From: Alkanindiges illinoisensis DSM 15370
GTDB lineage: Bacteria; Pseudomonadota; Gammaproteobacteria; Pseudomonadales; Moraxellaceae
Length of the DNA stretch: 32,000 nt
NCBI RefSeq assembly: GCF_000619845.1
Contig: NZ_JHUX01000003.1
Location: 1,540,064-1,572,063 of the forward strand
Reading direction: 5' to 3'
Each line of letters opens with the position of its first letter. The first letter of the stretch is position 1. The position numbers and the translations under genes were made by a program. The notes beneath the pieces are model-generated. The model was given only the letters and a program-made list of their open reading frames with translations. It was not told the DNA's origin and searched no databases. Positions 19,557 through 26,996 of this stretch are shown in pieces.

Positions 19557-21008
19557 TTATCGGGTGCTAAACAATAACCTGTCTATTAGCCATACTACCA
19601 GTAGACTTACGCCCATTAACGGAAAGATAATTCCTAAGATTACTAGACCCACTTTCCAGCTCAGCATCGGTGGTGCTGTTTGCTCCCTTGCTGGTGCGCC
19701 TAATGAATGTGCTGGACGCCGCTTCCACCACATGATTGCGCCAGTCAGTGCCATTGCACCCAAGCCTACTGAAATCAGCGCACTAATAATCTGGTTGGCC
19801 AACCCAAAATAGCGCCCCATGTGTAGTGAGGTGCCATAAGACACGGCTTTTGAAATCGCACCATAATCGTTGTAGCGAATATCATGCAGTATCTTGCCGC
19901 TATACTGGTCAATGTACAAGGTACGTTCCTGCTTGGGATCAGCCGGAAAATAGGTCGCCACATACACTCCATCAGGCGTTGCAGGCAGTGTCAGCGTGTA
20001 GTCAGTCATAAGGCCTACTGCAGCGAGCTTGGCAATCACCTGACTGATGGGAACCGGCTGATTTGCTAAGGGAGTTGCTGCCGAATTCGGCACAGGAAGC
20101 TGGCCAACTGCCCAAGGCAGCTGTGCTACAGGCAGTTGATCCATCACCATGCCGGACATCGATGCATCATCATGGTGATGGGATGCGCTATGTGATGGTG
20201 TGCTTATTTCCTGAACACCTGACTGACCTGACTTTAAGGGTAAATCACCCCAGACTCCCGGTGGCGCACCCAGACTGGTCATACCCACCAGGGCCTGAAA
20301 GTTTTTACCCCAAAACCCTGTCCAAGGTAGTCCGGTCAGGATAAATGCAATACCGCCAATTGCGAGCCATATTCCCATGGATGCATGCAGGCTTTTCCAG
20401 AATGGCCGTCCCTCTAGTGAAAACTGTGGCCAGAATCCTGTGCGATTTGTATTGCGATTTTCCGGCTGCCTAAGAGGCCACCACAGGGCAATCCCTGTAC
20501 CAATCATCACCAGTGTCCAGCAGGCAGCAAGTTCCATTAACAGCTCACCGGGCTTACCCAGTAGCAGCTTGCGATGCAGCATCCGGGTGGTTTGCATAAA
20601 CCGGTCAGACACACTTAAGCTGCCCAGTACCTTGGCGGTGTATGGATTGACATAAACACTGTGCTCGCCGCCATCTGGAAAACGAAAGATAAATTCGCTA
20701 CTCCGGTCAGCACTATTATTCACAGGAATGGACACAGGGATACTTCCCGCAGGTGCCGCTTGCTGTGCTGCTACAAGTAACTGATTGGCATCAAGCCGGG
20801 CGGTCGTTTGCGGCTGTACAATCAGTAAATGCGGATATAACAATAGTTCAAGCTGTGGCTTAAAGCAATATAAGGTGCCGCTAACAGCCAGCACCATCAG
20901 CAATGGCATAACAAACAGGCCTGCATAAAAATGCCAGCGCCATAGTGTTCTGTAGGACGCCTGGCTACTATCTATATTCATTGGGGGCTGCTGTAGCGTG
21001 GTGGACAT
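19557..21008 (-). CDS. PepSY-associated TM-helix protein (PiuB-like iron-regulated membrane protein)
   Basis: The N-terminus YRTLWRWHFYAGLFVMPLLMVLAVSGTLYCFKPQLE is the characteristic PepSY_TM signature. A further TM segment lies at the C-terminus. Confidence 0.8.
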   Translation of the reverse strand: MSTTLQQPPMNIDSSQASYRTLWRWHFYAGLFVMPLLMVLAVSGTLYCFKPQLELLLYPHLLIVQPQTTARLDANQLLVAAQQAAPAGSIPVSIPVNNSADRSSEFIFRFPDGGEHSVYVNPYTAKVLGSLSVSDRFMQTTRMLHRKLLLGKPGELLMELAACWTLVMIGTGIALWWPLRQPENRNTNRTGFWPQFSLEGRPFWKSLHASMGIWLAIGGIAFILTGLPWTGFWGKNFQALVGMTSLGAPPGVWGDLPLKSGQSGVQEISTPSHSASHHHDDASMSGMVMDQLPVAQLPWAVGQLPVPNSAATPLANQPVPISQVIAKLAAVGLMTDYTLTLPATPDGVYVATYFPADPKQERTLYIDQYSGKILHDIRYNDYGAISKAVSYGTSLHMGRYFGLANQIISALISVGLGAMALTGAIMWWKRRPAHSLGAPAREQTAPPMLSWKVGLVILGIIFPLMGVSLLVVWLIDRLLFSTR

Positions 21009-21078
21009 TGAGTGCTCCTGTTCGGAACAGCTACCCGGCTAATCGTGCAACCAGGTAACTGCCTTACTGATCTTGGTC

Positions 21079-23193
21079 TTACCACTTAAACCGGACACCG
21101 CTATAAACCGCGCGTCCAGCTCCCGGATTAAATAAAGCAGCAGTGGCATCAGCAGTTCCGGCAATGGCCACATTGGCAATATAGCGCTTATCTGACAAGT
21201 TGCGCCCTTCTACATAAGCCGACCAGTTTGCATTAGCAGCTTCGTAACCGGCTTTTAAATTCAGTAGCGTATAGTGATCCACCATCACCTGATTGGCATT
21301 ATCCGCAAAATAGCCTTTTGGCACCCATTCTGTATTGGGGCCAGCATAAAAACCGCCAGGATGCTTATAAAGCAGTTCAGCGCGGATAAAATGTGGTGGA
21401 ACACCCGGCAACTCATTATCGCCGTAGGTAGAATCACCATCAAAAAAGAAATCATTATAGGTATAAGCCAGATTACACCAGAGCCGGTCACCCTGCTTCA
21501 TCAGTGAATCCAGCACAGGCATATTTAGCGCAGCCTCAATGCCCTGATGCACCGTGCGATCTGCATTCACTACACTGCATAGGCTATAAGGCGAAGTGGT
21601 AATACATTGCAATTCCTTTTTAAGTTGCGCCTGGTAAATGCTGGCTTCCCATGACAGATTCGCCAGCTTGCCACGCGTACCCATTTCATACGTGGTGGCA
21701 GTCTGGGCATCCACATTGGTACTGGCAGGGCTAGTAAAAGAATTGGCATCAAAGGTCGGAATTTCAGCACTACGGGAAATATTGCCAAACACCTGCCAGT
21801 CAGGATTTATATCCCACAGCACGCCAACTTTTGGGCTCCACAAATCAAAATCTCTACTGCCAGACTGGTTGCCGTTGGACAGGAAACGGTCAGTACGCTT
21901 GCGTTCAGCATGCAAAAATTGTGTTCCAGCAATTAGTGCCAGATCAGGCTGAAGATAAAAGGAATTTTCAATATACGCCGAGGCATTTTCTGATTTATCC
22001 ACATTGGAAGCGGCCAGTTCCCCTTTTACTGCACCGGGCAGGTTCTCATATTGCTTGTTATCAATTGTGCCATTATGCAGGTTAAGGCCAGTAACCAGTT
22101 CATTGCGAAAGCCCTTGATCAAGCGGTCATCTACTGCCCGGACAAAGCCACCCCGGTCCAGTACGGTATAATCCAGCCACTGATAAATCGGATGCATGAC
22201 ATGGCGCCTGACGCCAAACACGCCAAAATCCACTGTGGTTGGACCAAAGCGCATGGTGGTTTTATTGGCCAGACGCACCGAGTCAATATTACGCTGCTGG
22301 TCAACCAGTACAAAATACGGGTCGGCGCTTTCAGGATTATTCAATGCAGCATCTTTGGTTACTTCACCCGGCAAATGCTGACGTATACGGTTGGCATTTA
22401 GGTAAAAACGGGTTTCTGCATCCGGTGAAAACTGGTAACCCACATTGCCACTCAAGCGCTGCTGATCGCCATCACTGTGTTCCCGATAGCCGTCGAACTG
22501 CTGCCCTGAACCGGTAATAAAGTAATCATAAGGCCCATTAACCGCACCAGTGCTGGCCTGCGCTTTGATGTAGCCAAAACTGCCTGCATCGACACGACCA
22601 TCAAATCGGGAAGCATTGTGGCCCGTTGGAGTCACATAATTAATAGCACCCCCCAATGAATTGGCACCATAACGCATGGCATTGGCGCCTTTAAATACTT
22701 CAACGTAACGGTAAGCGGTTGGATCAATTTCAAACAGGTCAACCAAGCCATCCGAGGTATTAATTGGAATTCCATCCATGGACATATTGATGCCACGGTT
22801 GCCATAGTTACGCGATAGCCCTGAACCGCGAATCGAGACCCGGGCATCATCGCCAAAGCGTGATTGGGCAAATACACCGGGTACCCAGCCCAGTACATCC
22901 TTAATGGTTTGTGCCGGGCCTGCCTTAAATACAATATCGGGGACAACCTCAACCGCGCCGGGAATGCGTTGGATATTGGCTATGGCTTGTGCTGTATTGG
23001 GGACAGTGAGCGTGCTGGTGATTGAAGGAGTTGCAGTGATAACAATACTCGGTAATGTCTGGATCGAATTATTTTTAGTTGTAGGCGTTGTATCGCTAAT
23101 TGTGGCTGAATCATCTGCATACACTAATGGAGTAAACGCGGCAGCATACAGGCAGGCTACTGTTAAGGCAGACAAACGAAATTGATTGGTCAT
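21079..23193 (-). CDS. TonB-dependent outer-membrane receptor
   Basis: The protein has a signal peptide, a plug domain (VEVFKGANAMRYGANSLGGAINYVT), a long beta-barrel region and the terminal ...YSGVRFKW aromatic residue. The substrate cannot be told from sequence alone. Confidence 0.9.
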   Translation of the reverse strand: MTNQFRLSALTVACLYAAAFTPLVYADDSATISDTTPTTKNNSIQTLPSIVITATPSITSTLTVPNTAQAIANIQRIPGAVEVVPDIVFKAGPAQTIKDVLGWVPGVFAQSRFGDDARVSIRGSGLSRNYGNRGINMSMDGIPINTSDGLVDLFEIDPTAYRYVEVFKGANAMRYGANSLGGAINYVTPTGHNASRFDGRVDAGSFGYIKAQASTGAVNGPYDYFITGSGQQFDGYREHSDGDQQRLSGNVGYQFSPDAETRFYLNANRIRQHLPGEVTKDAALNNPESADPYFVLVDQQRNIDSVRLANKTTMRFGPTTVDFGVFGVRRHVMHPIYQWLDYTVLDRGGFVRAVDDRLIKGFRNELVTGLNLHNGTIDNKQYENLPGAVKGELAASNVDKSENASAYIENSFYLQPDLALIAGTQFLHAERKRTDRFLSNGNQSGSRDFDLWSPKVGVLWDINPDWQVFGNISRSAEIPTFDANSFTSPASTNVDAQTATTYEMGTRGKLANLSWEASIYQAQLKKELQCITTSPYSLCSVVNADRTVHQGIEAALNMPVLDSLMKQGDRLWCNLAYTYNDFFFDGDSTYGDNELPGVPPHFIRAELLYKHPGGFYAGPNTEWVPKGYFADNANQVMVDHYTLLNLKAGYEAANANWSAYVEGRNLSDKRYIANVAIAGTADATAALFNPGAGRAVYSGVRFKW

Positions 23194-23272
23194 GGTTAGA
23201 ACCCTGATAAAGCAAACTAACAGAGTGGCAAATCCAGCTAAAAAGCCAGCGCCCTGAAATTAAGATTGTGCT

Positions 23273-23824
23273 TTACAGGATAAAAGGTGGGGCATGCTTA
23301 AAAGGCAAGGCAAAGCTAATGTGAGGAATATAAAGCCGTTTTGTCCAGGTGTAGCACAGTGAACGTACCAGAGCAAACCAGCAAACCAGCAGGATCACAA
23401 GCAGCACAATTAAAGGAATGAGAATCCCACTATCTAGGCCATGTGAACACAGGGGACAGTGCTTCATAATTTTGGAGGCCAGGATAAATACTTCATGGGC
23501 ATGCTGCGTATGAAAAGTATCACTGGCGGAGGCAGTCATGAATTGCTGTGTGGAAGCAGGCATTGGCATCTGATGCTGTATGAAGCCATCTGTTCTGGAA
23601 TGCTCCGGTATTATAGATTGTTCCGGAGTACTATTTACATCGACACCAGAATACCCATTGCTAAACACTGCTGGCTGGCAATGGCTCGGAAAGGCAAACA
23701 ATGCTGGCATCACCCCTACATGCACCAGAGTGGGTAGCAAAATATGCCATAGCAAACAGAATAAAGTGACTGCACCCAGTAAGGTACGCCGCTTTACAAG
23801 CTGTTGGCGAAAGGTCGGCATCAT
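23273..23824 (-). CDS. DUF2946-like membrane protein (partner of the TonB receptor)
   Basis: There is an N-terminal TM segment (LLGAVTLFCLLWHILLPTLV), a His/Met-rich middle, and HCPLCSHG followed by a C-terminal TM segment. Met19 of tracked ORF 23273..23878 is the preferred start. The family call is from memory. Confidence 0.45.
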   Translation of the reverse strand: MMPTFRQQLVKRRTLLGAVTLFCLLWHILLPTLVHVGVMPALFAFPSHCQPAVFSNGYSGVDVNSTPEQSIIPEHSRTDGFIQHQMPMPASTQQFMTASASDTFHTQHAHEVFILASKIMKHCPLCSHGLDSGILIPLIVLLVILLVCWFALVRSLCYTWTKRLYIPHISFALPFKHAPPFIL

Positions 23825-24019
23825 TGCTAGGGATTTCAGGCATAATGAAATATCGATCAAATTGTATCTGAAAGGCAAATGATGTGCAAAAGCTAATAAA
23901 AATGCTGTTGTTGGTATAAGTGTTAGCTAGAAAGTAAGAAACAGAATTGATCAGCGAAAGCTGGCAAATAGATAATAAAAATAATCGTCTTTTTATTCTT
24001 TAGAATTTAGAAAAGTAAA

Positions 24020-24046
24020 TGGGGTGGCTAATGGGACTCGAACCCA
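24020..24046 (-). repeat. tRNA-His 3'-end fragment (att-type repeat), copy 1
   Basis: The revcomp TGGGTTCGAGTCCCATTAGCCACCCCA corresponds to the T-loop, acceptor 3' strand, discriminator C and CCA. It is nearly identical to the E. coli tRNA-His 3' end (GGGTTCGAATCCCATTAGCCACCCCA). No tRNA body lies upstream. Confidence 0.8.
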
Positions 24047-24163
24047 AGACATAAAAGACTAAAACAATATATAAAACACTTGCTTAGGTAATAATAAAAG
24101 CTAGTTTATGGCTTATATGGGAATAGCCTATCAAAAACGGCCTTGAGTGATGAAAAAGATGAA

Positions 24164-24190
24164 TGGGGTGGCTGATGGGGTTCGAACCCA
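24164..24190 (-). repeat. tRNA-His 3'-end fragment (att-type repeat), copy 2, divergent
   Basis: The revcomp TGGGTTCGAACCCCATCAGCCACCCCA has the same layout as copy 1 but differs at four positions (T-loop GT vs AC, and acceptor TAGCCAC vs CAGCCAC). Confidence 0.8.
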
Positions 24191-24426
24191 AAATTATTCG
24201 CCCCTAAAGTCCATATAAATTATTGAGTTATATAGATATCTTTTTAAAATTTACTTTATATGGGAATTAAACAGCTCATAAATGCTTATTTATCTATCGG
24301 TGATAAATTTGGTTGGCTAAAATTTATGGCCATATTTGTTTTTATATAATAATTGGCTTTAATTGCTTTTATTTGATAATAAAAATGCCTGAATAAATCA
24401 GCACTCAATCAATAAATATAAAAATA

Positions 24427-25584
24427 CTAGGTATTAATGTAATTGTTAATTTTGCTTAAATAGTCTGGTGCATCTTCAGCAATTAACTTGCCATAGTGTT
24501 TATAAATCATTGTAGTGTCTGTATGACCCAGCTGGTCAGCAATCCATTCTGGCGGTACACGGCCGCTGGTGAGCAGCTGGCTGGCAAAGGTGTGTCTGCC
24601 CTGGTTAATTCCACGCATTCTCACTTTTGCCTTACGCAAGTGCTTATTCCAGCGATAGCGTAATTCGTGGTATTCAAAATTGGTGGATTGTTCCTGGTTA
24701 ATCCATACAAACCGTACCTTTTCAACTTTATAGGTTTGGTTATCGCGCTGTAGCACGCGGATCGTCTGGCTCCTACGGTTACTGGTGATCTTATACTGCC
24801 TTCTCAATGCGTCCAGTGCTGGCTGCAGCAGCTTAATTTCACGGTTACGTCGACGATTTTTGGTGACGCGGAAAATTCCTTTCACATATGATCGGCTGAT
24901 CTGGATGGTGCCTTTATCCAGGTCTATATCTTCCCAAGCAACGGGAATTTGCTCAGAGATTGATAGGCCTGTCCAGAATAAGCAAGGCAACAAGTTTTCA
25001 ATATCCAGATCCGTCTGTGTATCCAGGATTGTATTAATTTCTGCCTTGGTAAATGGATCTGGCTCTGGCGTGTCCAGCTGCTGGATAGTGATCGTTTCAA
25101 AAGGGTTATAAGCAATCTTTTGTTCGTTGCGCCAGATAGTATGAATTGATGCCAGGCGTGTAACCACTTCTCGCACTGTTTTGGCATTAAGCGACTGTTT
25201 AAGTTCAAAAATCCATTTTTTGATGCTGTTGGTATCTATATCTTTAGGATGAACTTTACCCCACCGTGGTAATACATGCGTGTGCACTTGGCTTTTATAG
25301 GCATCAAAGGTACTGGGTGAAACTTCTTTGATGATGACATCTTTCCATATTGTTGCAAAATAGCTGATCTGGTTCTTTTCAATATGTTTTGAATTAGGAA
25401 AATGCTTGGCCAAGTTGAATTGGCCAAGCTCAATTTCCAGTTTAATGAGTTCTGATAATTTCCGGGCTTTATCAATATTTTCCGGTGTAGCTGACCAACT
25501 TAAAGTTTCTTTAATTTGCTCGGAACCTTCGGGCTTCATCCAGATCCGGATGCTATTGCCACGAACTTCTAAACCTGCTGACAT
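24427..25584 (-). CDS. int: tyrosine recombinase/integrase with an Arm-type (DUF3596-like) N-terminus
   Basis: The C-terminus RHTFASQLLTSG...LGHTDTTMIYKHYGKL carries the catalytic R/H/Y region. The N-terminus MSAGLEVRGNSIRIW is arm-binding-like. The start at Met19 has AGGAA upstream. The longer tracked start lies inside a terminator hairpin. Confidence 0.9.
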   Translation of the reverse strand: MSAGLEVRGNSIRIWMKPEGSEQIKETLSWSATPENIDKARKLSELIKLEIELGQFNLAKHFPNSKHIEKNQISYFATIWKDVIIKEVSPSTFDAYKSQVHTHVLPRWGKVHPKDIDTNSIKKWIFELKQSLNAKTVREVVTRLASIHTIWRNEQKIAYNPFETITIQQLDTPEPDPFTKAEINTILDTQTDLDIENLLPCLFWTGLSISEQIPVAWEDIDLDKGTIQISRSYVKGIFRVTKNRRRNREIKLLQPALDALRRQYKITSNRRSQTIRVLQRDNQTYKVEKVRFVWINQEQSTNFEYHELRYRWNKHLRKAKVRMRGINQGRHTFASQLLTSGRVPPEWIADQLGHTDTTMIYKHYGKLIAEDAPDYLSKINNYINT

Positions 25585-25618
25585 AATATTCCTGAATGTG
25601 TTTAATTTGCTTAATTTT

Positions 25619-25645
25619 AAAAAAACACGCCTCATCATAGAGGCG
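25619..25645 (-). terminator. rho-independent terminator between the cargo operon and int
   Basis: The minus-sense hairpin is CGCCUC-UAUGAU-GAGGCG (25628-25645), followed by UGUUUUUUU. Confidence 0.7.
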
Positions 25646-25669
25646 CATGCAAGGTGTGTTTGGGTGATT

Positions 25670-25930
25670 TTAATGAGGATGCCGGATTAACCGGATATAG
25701 CGGTTGGTTGGCCGACGCTCAATACAGCCCTGATTCCAATACGGTAAAAGCAGCTTTGCTACTTCGTCCCTACTGCATTGCAAACCCTGTTCAATACGGG
25801 CATACAGTCTTTTGACATTTATCCAAGTTGGGATAATTTTCTGCTTAAGCCGTTGTTGCTCAGATATTTCCATTTCATGCAACATGGCTACTGCATAAGC
25901 TTGAATCTCAACCGGGCTAGCTCCAATCAT
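25670..25930 (-). CDS. hypothetical protein (86 aa)
   Basis: This is a tracked ORF. Its start overlaps the stop of the upstream ORF by 4 nt. No family is recognised. Confidence 0.5.
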   Translation of the reverse strand: MIGASPVEIQAYAVAMLHEMEISEQQRLKQKIIPTWINVKRLYARIEQGLQCSRDEVAKLLLPYWNQGCIERRPTNRYIRLIRHPH

Positions 25931-26358
25931 GATTCAGCTTCCATTATTGGTATGACAACGAAATCGTCATCTTCAATGCAATCTGAATAGTCAATATCAA
26001 CTATCTCAAAAGCAGCTGGATCAAAACCTTCTTGATTAAATACAGAATTAATCCCATATCTATGAGCAGTACTGGGAGTACCAATATAATCATTGCCATC
26101 CCTGCAAACAGCTAAAACTAAAGGCCCTATTAGTTTTAGAACGGCTTTAACAATATCACCCTGACTGGCTCTAAGTCGGTCGTCATGACCTGACCAGAAA
26201 TTATTAAGCTCATGCAATTCAGCATCATCACACTTAACCAGTATGGTAAATTCCAAAAAGAAATCACCCATATTGTTACAGCTGACTTTAAATTTCCTAA
26301 CGAGTGTAGGCAGTTGGCTTTGGTGTTCTAGATTAACTACAGTAGAATCGTTTTGCAT
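25927..26358 (-). CDS. hypothetical protein (143 aa), acidic C-terminus
   Basis: The ATG at 26358 has GGAG 7 nt upstream. The tracked GTG start at 26385 lies inside a 13-bp hairpin. No family is recognised. Confidence 0.55.
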   Translation of the reverse strand: MQNDSTVVNLEHQSQLPTLVRKFKVSCNNMGDFFLEFTILVKCDDAELHELNNFWSGHDDRLRASQGDIVKAVLKLIGPLVLAVCRDGNDYIGTPSTAHRYGINSVFNQEGFDPAAFEIVDIDYSDCIEDDDFVVIPIMEAES

Positions 26359-26381
26359 TTTGCGTCTCCAACGTGAATGTG

Positions 26382-26413
26382 ACACAGGCAGAAGTGGCCG
26401 CTTCTGTCTGTGT
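26382..26413. other. 13-bp intercistronic hairpin
   Basis: acacaggcagaag (26382-26394) pairs with cttctgtctgtgt (26401-26413) around loop tggccg. One position is G-T on the plus strand, which becomes C-A in the minus-sense RNA. No U-tail follows. Confidence 0.6.
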
Positions 26414-26420
26414 GCTTGGT

Positions 26421-26741
26421 TTAACGGTCTTTCACTGGTAAGTAGTGAATCGGATCAATTTCAATATCTTTAAATGTGTCGTTATCCATTACGGCCAGAT
26501 CTGCAAGGCAGCACTGGGACACATAAAAATGTTCAAACAGTTCTGTACCCTCGCCTGTTTCCATATTGATGCTCTGTGAATACACGTGCTTATAGAAATG
26601 GGCTTGAGTGCAATTACCGCATTGGGTGCAATAAAACAGCTGATTGCCTTGCAACTCTGGAATAGTGAATAAAGCCTTTTCAGACTTCAGCTGGGTGAAA
26701 AAGGGACTGTCAAAATCAGGATCAATAGCATGTACATTCAT
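26421..26741 (-). CDS. hypothetical Cys-rich protein (106 aa), possible zinc-binding
   Basis: This is a tracked ORF carrying YCTQCGNC ... SQCC. Its ATGA start overlaps the upstream gene. Confidence 0.55.
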   Translation of the reverse strand: MNVHAIDPDFDSPFFTQLKSEKALFTIPELQGNQLFYCTQCGNCTQAHFYKHVYSQSINMETGEGTELFEHFYVSQCCLADLAVMDNDTFKDIEIDPIHYLPVKDR

Positions 26742-26974
26742 TTCTTATTGTCCTGAATAAATTCTTCTACTTTTTCACCAGTCTTTTCCCATACCTTGAT
26801 GAAGTCAGCCAAAGTTATATTTGGTGACTTAATTTCAACTTGGTCACTGTCAGCACGTTTGACTTGGAATTGCATCTTGATTGAAGAAAGATCAACGTCT
26901 TCATTCTCAATGATTTTAAGTAATGAACGATTTATCATTCTGGAAATTTCCAGATACATTGCTATAGCTTCCAT
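26738..26974 (-). CDS. hypothetical acidic protein (78 aa)
   Basis: This is a tracked ORF lying 22 nt downstream of the primase-helicase stop. Confidence 0.5.
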   Translation of the reverse strand: MEAIAMYLEISRMINRSLLKIIENEDVDLSSIKMQFQVKRADSDQVEIKSPNITLADFIKVWEKTGEKVEEFIQDNKK

Positions 26975-26996
26975 AGCTCTCTCCTAAAAATGGGAA

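Noticed and set aside
18344-23185. Many 60-140-aa ORFs overlapping proS, the PepSY gene and the TonB receptor on either strand
   Set aside because: All are nested in strongly supported genes, are Ser/Arg/Pro-rich as is typical of off-frame translation, and have no independent signals.
23825-24019. Fur box upstream of the DUF2946/TonB-receptor operon
   Set aside because: By eye, no sequence approaches GATAATGATAATCATTATC. AT-rich stretches alone are not evidence.
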